NCBI GenBank assembly: GCA_963794325.1
Contig: CAWCDG010000004.1
Span: forward strand, 1,664,001-1,728,000
Source: an uncultured delta proteobacterium
GTDB lineage: Bacteria > Desulfobacterota > Binatia > Binatales > Binataceae
Length of the DNA: 64,000 nt
Direction of reading: 5' to 3'
In this document: one piece after another, positions 10,235-19,709 of the stretch
Layout: each line of letters begins with the position of its first letter
Numbering within the stretch: the first letter of the stretch is position 1
The notes under the pieces: model-generated
Told to the model about the DNA's origin: nothing
Seen by the model: the letters and a program-made list of their open reading frames with translations, nothing else
The model's database searches: none
Translations under genes and position numbers: made by a program

Positions 10235-11698
10235 CTACTTACCTCCGAAAATCTTCAGCAACTGTACCATCCGCTGAATTCCGTCGGCGAGTTCCTTCAC
10301 GCCGATTCGTTCGTTGATGCCGTGAATGCCTTTTCCTTCAGCCGGGAGAACCTCGATCGGAATGAAACCGTAGGAGACGATTTTTTTCTGGCGGAAGTAG
10401 TGGCTGTCGGTAAACCCGATGACCATAGACGGCACAACGCTGGCCTGGTCGTGCGCTCGGGCCAGCGAATCAATCGCGGTCATCAGCGGCGAGCGTGACG
10501 GCGACGAGATTGGCGGAAAGTTCAGGAGCACATCGATCTTGATGGTGTCGTCGCCGATCGCTTTTTTGATGTCGTTGACGACCGCCTTCGGATCGCTGCC
10601 GGGCAGCAGGCGGCAATCGATTTCCGCGAACGCGGTTTCGGAAATCACGTTGGTCTTCTGGCTGGCGGACAGCACGGTAGGAGTGATCGTGTCGCGGACC
10701 TGCGCGTTCTGGCTCGGATCGGAAAGGAACTTTTTCTGAAACTCGGGATCCTTCAATGCAGCGGCAAGATCGAGCTCATTCTTTGGTCCGTGATTGAGCT
10801 CGGCAATCGAATGATAGTAGTCCTGCACCGGGCCGATTACGTGTACGGGTGTCCGGTACTCGCTCAGTTTTTCCAGCGCACGCACCAGCCGCGTGACCGC
10901 GGTTTCCGCCGGCGGATCAGATGCATGTCCGGCGGGTCCGGTGGCCGTGAGCCGCAGCCATAGCGGAGTCTTCTCGGTGACCGACACCACGTAAACCTTG
11001 CGCTTGTTGTCGGCCAGCGGGCGAATGCCGCCGCCTTCGTTGAGCAGATAGCCGGCATCGGAGAAGACGTTAGTCTCGTGATCGACGAACCAGGCCGCGC
11101 CGTTCTTGCCGCCTTCCTCCTCGTCGCCGGTGGCGACAAACAGCACGTCGCGATTGAGCAGGATGCCGGCGCGCTTGATCGCGAGCATCGCCATCAGCTC
11201 GATCACGCCGGGACCTTTGTCGTCGATCGCGCCGCGTCCCCAGATTTCCCCGTTCTTGACGGTGCCCGAGAACGGCGCCACCTGCCATTCCTTGGGATTG
11301 GCCGGCACGACGTCCATGTGGCTCAGCAGGATGATCGACTTGTTATGCTTGCCGATACCGCGGAGGCGCGCGGCGACGATGCCGCGACCATGCTGCGGCT
11401 CCCAGGTCGTCGCGGGAATTCCGTCGGTGAGAAATTTTTCTTTGAGCATCCGCGCCGCGTCGAGCTCGTTGCCGGGCGGATTGGAGGTGTTCATCTGGAT
11501 GTACTTTGAGAGCAGCTCGGTCGCTTCCTGGGTGACCTTGTCCCAATTGATTGGCTGGGGCGGTGGCGCCTTGGTCACGCCGCGCGACTCGGCAGGCAGA
11601 ACATTGGGGGAGGCAGAGGCAGCGAAAGGGGAGCTGCAAATCGCAAGAGATGCCAGCATCCAGAACGCAGAAATAGTAATTGAAGATGCGCGAGTCAT
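10235..11698 (-). CDS. M20/M25/M40 family metallopeptidase/amidohydrolase, exported
   Basis: Signal-peptide-like N-terminus; SHMDVVP, GRGAIDDKG, DEEEGG, NEGG and HGINERI metal-binding motifs. Confidence 0.9.
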   Translation of the reverse strand: MTRASSITISAFWMLASLAICSSPFAASASPNVLPAESRGVTKAPPPQPINWDKVTQEATELLSKYIQMNTSNPPGNELDAARMLKEKFLTDGIPATTWEPQHGRGIVAARLRGIGKHNKSIILLSHMDVVPANPKEWQVAPFSGTVKNGEIWGRGAIDDKGPGVIELMAMLAIKRAGILLNRDVLFVATGDEEEGGKNGAAWFVDHETNVFSDAGYLLNEGGGIRPLADNKRKVYVVSVTEKTPLWLRLTATGPAGHASDPPAETAVTRLVRALEKLSEYRTPVHVIGPVQDYYHSIAELNHGPKNELDLAAALKDPEFQKKFLSDPSQNAQVRDTITPTVLSASQKTNVISETAFAEIDCRLLPGSDPKAVVNDIKKAIGDDTIKIDVLLNFPPISSPSRSPLMTAIDSLARAHDQASVVPSMVIGFTDSHYFRQKKIVSYGFIPIEVLPAEGKGIHGINERIGVKELADGIQRMVQLLKIFGGK

Positions 11699-11785
11699 CG
11701 TGGGCCACAGTTGGGGATTTCGATCACGTCTTGAAGGAACACGGTCGCGAGCGTGGCGTCAACTGGTCGTGGGCGAGAGGAAACG

Positions 11786-11906
11786 AGCGCCGGACGCGGG
11801 AACGTCCGTCGAGATTCTTTGCTGCAGCAGCTCAGAATGACGCGTGGGGTCGCTCGCTTCTTTGTGTCATCCTGAGCGCAGCGAAGGATCTCGCGCGCCG
11901 GCGCGT
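11786..11906. repeat. REP-like repeat pair, family D
   Basis: GAGATTCTT..CTCAGAATGAC..GTCATCCTGAGCGCAGCGAAGGATCTC; a similar copy lies at 62900-63028. Confidence 0.8.
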
Positions 11907-11931
11907 GTCTATCCGGCGCTGGCAACGTCTG

Positions 11932-12627
11932 ATGGCACCGCGCGGGAAAACTGAAACGACGCGGCGAGCGCTCGATGCGCGCGGGGTCAGCCTCGCGCTG
12001 AAAGTGCTCCGGCGCGAGGCGCCCGGGTGGAATGCGCCGATCGTGAGCTTCATCGCGGTGCAACATCGCGATCCGTTCCGCACCTTGATTTCGTGCATCC
12101 TGAGTTTGCGCACCAAGGACGCGACGACTGCGGCGGCGTCGATGCGATTGTTCGCGCGCGCGCATACACCGCAGACGATGTTCGCGTTGTCGCCCAAGAC
12201 AGTCGAGGGGCTGATTTTTCCGGTGGGCTTTTATCGCACCAAGGCGCGGGTTATCCGCGGAATATGCCGCGACCTGATCGACAAGTTTGACGGACGGGTG
12301 CCCGACGAGATCGATGCATTGCTGACTCTCAAAGGCGTCGGGCGCAAGACCGCGAACCTGGTCGTGACCGAGGCGTATGCGAAACCGGGAATCTGCGTCG
12401 ATACGCATGTGCATCGCATATCGAATCGATGGGGGCTGGTGCGCACCAAGACTCCCGACAAGACCGAGATTGCGTTGCGTGCGGTGCTGCCGGCGCGGCA
12501 CTGGATTGAATACAACGGGATACTGGTCGCGTTCGGGCAGACGATTTGCCATCCGACGTCGCCGTGGTGCTCGCGATGCAAAATCGCGACGATGTGCCCG
12601 CGGATCGGCGTCACGCACTCGCGGTAA
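11932..12627 (+). CDS. nth: Endonuclease III
   Basis: HhH motif LKGVGRKTANLV, VDTHVHR and the C-x6-C-x2-C-x5-C 4Fe-4S motif. Confidence 0.92.
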   Translation: MAPRGKTETTRRALDARGVSLALKVLRREAPGWNAPIVSFIAVQHRDPFRTLISCILSLRTKDATTAAASMRLFARAHTPQTMFALSPKTVEGLIFPVGFYRTKARVIRGICRDLIDKFDGRVPDEIDALLTLKGVGRKTANLVVTEAYAKPGICVDTHVHRISNRWGLVRTKTPDKTEIALRAVLPARHWIEYNGILVAFGQTICHPTSPWCSRCKIATMCPRIGVTHSR

Positions 12628-12638
12628 CTCTCTCCTCG

Positions 12639-12682
12639 TCCGGTTCCCCTTCCCGCTCGGGAAGGGGTTAGGGGTTAGGTTC
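12639..12682 (+). repeat. REP-like repeat, family A
   Basis: TCCGGTTCCCCTTCCC-N4-GGGAAGGGGTTAGGGGTTAGGTTC; six copies in the window. Confidence 0.9.
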
Positions 12683-12743
12683 CTGGCGCCCAGCCGAGAT
12701 TAAGGTTCATTGCCACCGGTGGGGCTAGTGATAGTTTGAATCT

Positions 12744-13640
12744 ATGACACAGAAAATTGGATTCGTCGGGCTGGGGGCGATGGGGTTGCCGATGGCGACC
12801 AACTTGCTCGCCGCGGGATTCCATCTGACGGTTTACAATCGCACTGCGTCGAAGGCGGAGCCGCTGGTTGGCAAGGGGGCGCATCGCGCGGCGCGCGCAG
12901 GCGACGTTGCGCAGCCGGGGGGAATTGTCGTTTCGATGCTCGCGGATGACGCCGCCGTCAAAGCGCTGGTTATGGGCCCCGATGCTCTAGCGGAGCATCT
13001 TGCGCCGGATGGAATTCATATCTCGATGAGTACGGTGTCGCCGGCGACGACGCGCGAGCTTGCTGCGTTTCACGCGTCGCACGGGAGCGTGATGGTTGCG
13101 GCGCCGGTGTTCGGGCGGCCGAATGCGGCGCAGGCGAAGCAATTGCAGATCTGCGTTTCGGGACCGGCGGAAGCGAAAGCCAAGGTGAAGCCGATCCTCG
13201 AAGCGGTGGGGCAGAACGTATTCGACTTCGGCGACAATGCCGGGGCGGCGAACGTGGTGAAGCTCGCGGGCAACTTCATGATCGCGGCGTCGCTCGAGGC
13301 GATGGGCGAGGCGGTCGCGATGATGCGCAAGAGCGGCGTCGATGCCGTGGCGGCGATCGACATGCTGACGAAAACGCTCTTCGCGGCGCCGGTTTATCAA
13401 GGATACGGAGCAGCCATCGCGCATGGGCGATTTTCTCCGGCGGGGTTTCGACTACCGCTCGGCCTGAAGGATATCAACCTCGTGATCCAGACCGCGGCCG
13501 AGGCGAATGCGCCGATGCCGACGGCGAGCCTGCTGCACGATCGATTCATCTCGGCAATTGCCAAGGGGCGCGCCGACCTGGATTGGTCCGCGATCGCTTT
13601 GGGAGCGGCCGACGACGCCGGTCTCAAGGAATCGCGCTGA
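12744..13640 (+). CDS. NAD(P)-dependent oxidoreductase, beta-hydroxyacid dehydrogenase family
   Basis: GFVGLGAMG, APVFG, VKLAGN and LGLKD motifs. Confidence 0.9.
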   Translation: MTQKIGFVGLGAMGLPMATNLLAAGFHLTVYNRTASKAEPLVGKGAHRAARAGDVAQPGGIVVSMLADDAAVKALVMGPDALAEHLAPDGIHISMSTVSPATTRELAAFHASHGSVMVAAPVFGRPNAAQAKQLQICVSGPAEAKAKVKPILEAVGQNVFDFGDNAGAANVVKLAGNFMIAASLEAMGEAVAMMRKSGVDAVAAIDMLTKTLFAAPVYQGYGAAIAHGRFSPAGFRLPLGLKDINLVIQTAAEANAPMPTASLLHDRFISAIAKGRADLDWSAIALGAADDAGLKESR

Positions 13641-13660
13641 AGGATTCTGCGACGCGCGTG

Positions 13661-14440
13661 ATGAAATACGTCCGCGGTATTTTCGCGCTCCTTATATCTG
13701 TCGCGGCGATGCTTGCGATTGCGCGTCCGTCGCACGCGATCGACTTCTATGAGATCCAGATTTACGACACCGACACCGCGCCGGTCGGTCATCTGACGCT
13801 CGAATTGCACTCGAACAGCACCACGACGGCGACGGGGCAGCTCGCGAAAAGCCAGAGCGACGTTTATGAAATTCACGAAACGCTCGAGGGCAGTTACGGA
13901 GTTCTGCGCTGGCTGGAAGTCGGGCAGTATCTCGACACCGCGAAGCTTTCCAACGGCAATTACGAATATACGGGCTCGCGCACCAAGGTTCATTTCGGAA
14001 TCCCGCAGACCTTCGAGTGGCCGGTGCAGTTCGGCGGCAATATCGAATTCGCTTACGTGCGGCGAGCGGCCGAGGAGAATCCGCTGACGCTCGAGCTGCG
14101 GCCGATCGCGGGCGCGAGCTTCAAGGGATTTCGGCTGGTGGGGAATTTCGCGTTTGTCGATCCGTTCAGCGGTCCGGGGGCGCATCGCGGGTTTCAATTC
14201 GATCCGTCGGGCGAGCTGGTCTACAAGCTCAACCGCTGGCTCTCGCCGGCAGTCGAATACTACGGGGACATGGGATCGATTCAGCCGCTGGCGAAAGTGC
14301 AGGAGCAGCAGCATTTCATCGTGCCGACGCTGAATTTCGACTTTCTTCCGCAGCTCGAGCTCAACCTTGGGGTGGGAATCGGACTGACGCGCGCGAGTAA
14401 CGGTCTGTTCCTGAAATCGATTGTCGGCTGGACGTTTTGA
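13661..14440 (+). CDS. Putative outer-membrane beta-barrel protein
   Basis: Signal peptide (..PSHA), amphipathic beta strands and C-terminal GWTF. Confidence 0.65.
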   Translation: MKYVRGIFALLISVAAMLAIARPSHAIDFYEIQIYDTDTAPVGHLTLELHSNSTTTATGQLAKSQSDVYEIHETLEGSYGVLRWLEVGQYLDTAKLSNGNYEYTGSRTKVHFGIPQTFEWPVQFGGNIEFAYVRRAAEENPLTLELRPIAGASFKGFRLVGNFAFVDPFSGPGAHRGFQFDPSGELVYKLNRWLSPAVEYYGDMGSIQPLAKVQEQQHFIVPTLNFDFLPQLELNLGVGIGLTRASNGLFLKSIVGWTF

Positions 14441-14475
14441 ACTGACTACTAACCCCTCGCCAGTGAGATTTATCG

Positions 14476-14504
14476 TTGCTTGACCAGCGGGGCTAAACTA
14501 TCCT
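14476..14504 (+). promoter_or_regulatory. Putative sigma70 promoter of the MoxR operon
   Basis: TTGCTT-N17-TATCCT, ending 25 nt before the ATG at 14530. Confidence 0.4.
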
Positions 14505-14529
14505 CGATTTACGCGCTTGGCGCCGTCTG

Positions 14530-15885
14530 ATGTCGTTCCCCTCACAAGACAAGCGGGCTGACGAGAAACTCGGGAAAATCCTGGGCGGAGTCGGCTCCGT
14601 TCGCACGCGACTCAACTCGTTGGCGCTGCAGCACGCGATCTTCTACACGCTCGCGATCGCGATTGGATGCGGCGCCGCGATTTTTGCCGGCGCATACGTG
14701 CTTTCACCGCTCACTTTCCTGATTGGTGGGTCGGCGCTCCTGGTCATTGCAGCATCCGGTATCGCGAGCGCCGTAGCGGCCGGGTGGCGAATGCGCACCA
14801 GCGCGGAGAATGCGGCTGCGATTGCCGACGATCGCGCCGAGCTGAAGGGACGCCTCGCGACGATCGTCGCGCTCAAGGATAGCGAGACCCGGGGATCGCT
14901 GTGGGCGTACCTGGTTGAAGATACGCTCGGGCATCATGACGAATTCGCGGCCTCGAAGATCGAGCGCCGACGCATCTCGCGCGGGATCTATCCGTTGGCG
15001 GGAGCACTCGTGCTGGCGGCGCTCGCTTTCCCGATTTCGAAAATCAAGCGCGCGCCGCAGATCATCCCGGGCAATGAACAGGACGACCTGACCGTCGATC
15101 TCGACGATCTGCATCTGCGGCCGGCCGATCCGGGCGACGAGTCGGGCATGCAGGTAACCGCAGATCCCGCGACGATGCGCCGGCTTCAGGAGAAGCTCGC
15201 GCGCGAAAACGCCGGCGGCGGGGACGTGGCCGGAAATTCGCTGAATCAACTGATGAATCGCGCGCGCGATATGGCCGGCAATCTACAAAACAAACTGACC
15301 GGACAGCAGCCGTCCTCGAAGCAGCGCCTCAATCTTCGGCTGGCCGATGCGGGACGCGATCAGGATCAAAACGAAATTCGTCGCGCCCCTGATGGCCGGA
15401 AAAATCGCCACGGCGAGGTCGCGGGACAGTTCAAACAGGATCAGCCGAAATCGAACCACGAGATCGATTTGCCGCGGGAGGACGATTCGCGACAGCCGAA
15501 TTCGCAACCCTCGCCCGGCGGGACCGGCGAGGCGGGCGTGGAATCCAACGCCGGCAAGGACAATCCCAATCAGAACAGCGCTACCGACCGCAGCATCCAG
15601 CAAAGCGGCGAGAACAGCAGCAATGGCGGCGAGGCGCACGGAATCGGCGCCGATCCCGACAGCCTGTTCGGAGCGCCGGCGACCTCGAAGCTCGGCAGCG
15701 AGGGCTTCGAGATTGCAATCGAAGCGCGGCCGGTGGATCACGGCGCGAAGGGCGCCGGCCACGCTTACGTACCGCCAAAAGTGCGCACTCCGCTCAGCCT
15801 GAACCAGGAACCGGACGAGCCGGTGGCGCGCGCCGCTGTACCGGCCGACGATCGAACAACAATCAAGCGGGTATTCGAACGATGA
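14530..15885 (+). CDS. Membrane protein with a low-complexity Q/N/G/D-rich C-terminal region, first gene of the MoxR operon
   Basis: About three TM helices followed by a polar tail; the stop overlaps the moxR start. Confidence 0.7.
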   Translation: MSFPSQDKRADEKLGKILGGVGSVRTRLNSLALQHAIFYTLAIAIGCGAAIFAGAYVLSPLTFLIGGSALLVIAASGIASAVAAGWRMRTSAENAAAIADDRAELKGRLATIVALKDSETRGSLWAYLVEDTLGHHDEFAASKIERRRISRGIYPLAGALVLAALAFPISKIKRAPQIIPGNEQDDLTVDLDDLHLRPADPGDESGMQVTADPATMRRLQEKLARENAGGGDVAGNSLNQLMNRARDMAGNLQNKLTGQQPSSKQRLNLRLADAGRDQDQNEIRRAPDGRKNRHGEVAGQFKQDQPKSNHEIDLPREDDSRQPNSQPSPGGTGEAGVESNAGKDNPNQNSATDRSIQQSGENSSNGGEAHGIGADPDSLFGAPATSKLGSEGFEIAIEARPVDHGAKGAGHAYVPPKVRTPLSLNQEPDEPVARAAVPADDRTTIKRVFER

Positions 15886-16922
15886 GTGAGGTACAGGCGG
15901 AAACGCCAACGGTGGCGGATTTCGCCCGGACGTTTCGGCGCATCCAGGCCGAGATCCACAAGATGATCATCGGGCACGAGCAGGCCGTCGAGGAGTTGCT
16001 GTCGGCGCTGTTCGCGGGCGGCCACGTGCTTATCGAGGGCGTCCCCGGCACCGGCAAAACCACGCTGGTCAAAACGCTGGGGCTGGCGCTCAATCTGAGT
16101 TTCAACCGGATTCAGTTCACCGTCGATCTGATGCCCGCCGATATCACCGGCACGCGCGTGATTCTGTCGGGAGACGACGGGCGTCGCGAGTTCACCTTTC
16201 AGCCGGGACCGGCGTTTTGCCATATCCTGCTCGGCGACGAAATCAATCGCGCGACGCCCAAGACGCAGTCGGCGTTGCTCGAGGCGATGGCCGAGTTGCA
16301 GGTGACGGTGTCGGGCACGACATACCGCCTCAAGCCGCCGTACTTCGTGATGGCGACGCTGAATCCGATCGAGATGGAGGGGACCTATCCGCTGCCCGAA
16401 GCGCAGCTCGATCGCTTCCTGTACAAAGTCCGCTTGAACTATCCCGACGAAGGCGAGCTGACGCGAATCATCTCGTCGACGACGGGACCTGACGACGCGG
16501 GCATCGCGCCGATATTCCACGCCGACGAAGCGCCCGAGCGGGTCGAGTCGTTGAAAAAATTGGTGCGCGAGGTGATGGCGGCTCCCGCGATGGAGATTTA
16601 CGCCGCGCGGCTGGTGCGCGCGACGCAGCCGCAGAACTCGCGCTTCGTAACCGACGAAGCCAAGGCGGTTCACGACGAGATGGTCAATCGCTACGTCATG
16701 TTCGGATCGAGTCCGCGCGGGGCGCAGGCGCTGATTCTCGGCGCCAAGGTGCGAGCGCTGCTCGACGGGCGCGCGAATATCGCGCGCGAAGATATCGAGC
16801 ACGTCGCGGTCCCCGCGCTGGCCCATCGCATAATGCTCAACTACGCCGCGCTATCCGACGGAATCGACGCCGCACACATTGTCGAGCGCGTCATCAAGTC
16901 GGTTCGCGCCGCGAAAGTATAG
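15882..16922 (+). CDS. moxR: MoxR family AAA+ ATPase
   Basis: GVPGTGKT, RIQFTVDLMPADITG, DEINRATPKTQSALLEAM and NPIEMEGTYPLPEAQLDRF motifs. Confidence 0.95.
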   Translation: MSEVQAETPTVADFARTFRRIQAEIHKMIIGHEQAVEELLSALFAGGHVLIEGVPGTGKTTLVKTLGLALNLSFNRIQFTVDLMPADITGTRVILSGDDGRREFTFQPGPAFCHILLGDEINRATPKTQSALLEAMAELQVTVSGTTYRLKPPYFVMATLNPIEMEGTYPLPEAQLDRFLYKVRLNYPDEGELTRIISSTTGPDDAGIAPIFHADEAPERVESLKKLVREVMAAPAMEIYAARLVRATQPQNSRFVTDEAKAVHDEMVNRYVMFGSSPRGAQALILGAKVRALLDGRANIAREDIEHVAVPALAHRIMLNYAALSDGIDAAHIVERVIKSVRAAKV

Positions 16923-16932
16923 GCGGTCAAAG

Positions 16933-17838
16933 ATGCTCGAGGCACGCGCTTTCGAGCCCGAATATTTGCGCAAGCTCGACCGGCTGGTGCTCGGCATCAA
17001 GCGCGCCCGTACCGTACGCGCGGGCCAGCGCGCACTCGGCCGGGTCCAGGGACTCGGAATCGAACCCGAAAATTTCAAGGAGTACGCGCCCGGCGACGAT
17101 TTGCGCTTCCTGGACTGGAACGCATTCGCGCGGCTCGACGAATTGATGCTGCGAACCTACCGCGCCGATCGGCAGGTCGAAGTCACCTCGCTGATCGATG
17201 CGAGCGCGTCGATGGGATTGCCCGCGCACGACGACAAGCTCGGGCTCGCGCTGGCGATCGGCGCGTCGCTCGCGTACATCGGGATGGCCGACAACGATGC
17301 GGTGCGAATCGGCGCGTTCGCGATGCATCGCGGGTCGATGAAGCTCGAAGCGACGCCGTTCCATCGCCGCCGCGAGTCGTATCTCAATTTCAAATCGTTC
17401 GTGACCTCGGTGCGAGCCGGTGGCGAGACCCGGCTGGGCGCGGCCGTCGACGAATTGCTGCTGCAACGCCGGCCGGCCGGAACGGTTGTCGTCATCTCGG
17501 ATTTTCTGGTGAACGAAGGCGACATCGAAGACGCGCTCACGCGGCTGGCCGCCGCGCGACATGAGGTGAAAGTTGTTCACGTGATGGGCGAGCAGGAGAG
17601 CACCGCGTCATATCCGCCGGGGCTGTATCGGATTCGCGACGCCGAGACCGGCGAAACGCGCGAGACCGTGCTCGGCCCGACGATGATCGCGGCGATTCGG
17701 CACAAGATCGAAAAGATCGTCGCGAATTTACGCCGCATCTGCACGACGCACGCGATCACTTATGCGCAAGCGTTCGGCGCGGGCAATCTGGAAACGTTCA
17801 TGGAACGCGAACTCCCGCTGCTCGGAATCGTGAGATAG
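16933..17838 (+). CDS. DUF58 domain protein
   Basis: EYAPGDDLRFLDWN, IDASASM and VVISDF motifs; follows moxR. Confidence 0.9.
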   Translation: MLEARAFEPEYLRKLDRLVLGIKRARTVRAGQRALGRVQGLGIEPENFKEYAPGDDLRFLDWNAFARLDELMLRTYRADRQVEVTSLIDASASMGLPAHDDKLGLALAIGASLAYIGMADNDAVRIGAFAMHRGSMKLEATPFHRRRESYLNFKSFVTSVRAGGETRLGAAVDELLLQRRPAGTVVVISDFLVNEGDIEDALTRLAAARHEVKVVHVMGEQESTASYPPGLYRIRDAETGETRETVLGPTMIAAIRHKIEKIVANLRRICTTHAITYAQAFGAGNLETFMERELPLLGIVR

Positions 17839-17840
17839 CC

Positions 17841-19709
17841 GTGGGCATACTCAATCCTGAGCAATTTCATTTACGGTCTCAGCCTCGCGCTGTTGGTGCT
17901 GATTTATTTGCGATCGCGATCGCGCCCGACCATCGAAGTTTCGAGCCTGATGCTCTTCGACGAGGCGCCCGCGCCGGTTGCGGCAGTTCGCCACGTGCGG
18001 ATCGACCCTCTGTTCTGGCTCGAAATGCTGACGCTGACTGCTTTGACGTTCGCGATCGCAGGATTGTACGTGATGCGTCCGCCGTCCGCCGGTCATGGCC
18101 GCAGCCATGCGCTGGTGTTCGATCTGGGCGCCGGGATGAGCGCGCACGAAGGACGCGAGCACGCGAATCGAACAGGCGCGACGCGAAGCGTTGGAAATAA
18201 TCGATCAAGCTCCGGTGGGCGACGAGTTCAGCGTGATTGCATACGCACTCGAAGCTCAGGTGAGGCATCCGCAGACGGCGAACCTCGCCGAGTTGCGCAA
18301 AGCGATAGGCGATCTTGTTCCGATGGCGGTACCTGCGCGCACAGCCGCTCTGAGAGCGGCGCTGATTCGTGCGCATGGCGCGTCGGAAGTCGATTTGTTC
18401 GCCGACCGGCCGCCAGCGCCTGCGATTCTGGCCGACGTTGCCTCGATGCCGCACGTAAATTTTCATCAGGTCGGCTCCGATGACTCGAACCTGGCGATCG
18501 TGTCGCTCGATCCAGGTATCCCGGGATCGACGCGCGGCCGCGCCGTCATTCGCAACTTCTCCGCGCGGCCCCATCCGGCGGAACTCGCGATCGATCTCGG
18601 CGACGCCGAGGAGTTTCATCAGACGATGATGCTCGCGCCGCGCGAACAGGTCGTGACCTCGTTCGGACCACTGAAGACCGGCGGCCTGGTCCACGCGCAA
18701 ATTCTGACTTCCGACGCGATCGACGCCGACAACAGCCGCTACGCGCTTGCGCCATCCGATCTCGCGGCGCGCGTACTGGTGCTGTCGCCGGACGCCTCGG
18801 TGCGCGACGATATTGCGCGCGTGCTGCTTGCGGTCAATGCCAATTTCCAGATCGAGACCGCCGATCCCGCAACCTACGCCGCGCCGGGCGGTTCGAACGT
18901 GAAGGCACTCGATTTGGTCGTGATGCATGACTGTTATGCGCCCGCGATCAAGGCGGCCTCGAAACTCCTTATTTTTCCGCCGCAGGCGATGAAGAACAGA
19001 ATCGGAATTTCCGTCGATGGGACGATTGCGAGCGCCGACATTCGCGGAGACGCGACGGGCGAATCGAACGCGTCCCTGGCGCTCGGCGCGACGCGAATCG
19101 TAGCGGTTCCTGAATGGATGGACCTGATTTCTACCGGAACCGGCGCCGGTCATTCGTGGATTCCGATAGCCGCGATCGGGCGCGCCGCGAGCGGTCCGGT
19201 CGGGGTCCTCGCGTTCGACGTGCGCGATCATCTTCTGCTTGCGCCAGATCATCTCGATGCTTTGGTGCTGACGGTCGATCTGATGAAGCAACTAACCAGC
19301 TCCGCGCGACATTCTGATCGTGAAAACCGGCGCTGATGTGAGCGTGCCCGCGACTGGAACCGCGCGCGTCACTCAGCCCGACGCCAGTGTCCGCTCCGTC
19401 GCCGCCGATAAATGGGGGCGCGTACGAATCCGTCCCTTGCAGGCTGGACGTTACACCGTCGAGTCGGCCGGCGTTACGACGCAAGTGCTCGCCAACTATT
19501 ACGATGCGACCGAGTCCGACCTTGGCGCGAAGCCGCCGGCCGAGGCGAGCGCGCCCACGGGAAGGTCCGCCGCCGCATCGAATCCGCAATCCGTAAAGCA
19601 GGTGCAGCCGCTGGTTTTCCTCCTGATCGCGCTGGCGCTGATCGCTCTGATGATTGAATCTGCGATGCTGATTGGGCACGCCGGCCGCTGGGGGATGCGC
19701 CATGTTTGA
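17841..19709 (+). pseudogene. BatA-N/vWA-like membrane protein split by three +1 frameshifts (about 17860, 18157 and 19298); may be assembly error
   Basis: Removing one base at each site gives one ORF of about 621 aa beginning MGILNPxNFIYGLSLALLVLIYL..VSSLMLF and ending in a TM helix that overlaps the next gene. Confidence 0.7.
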
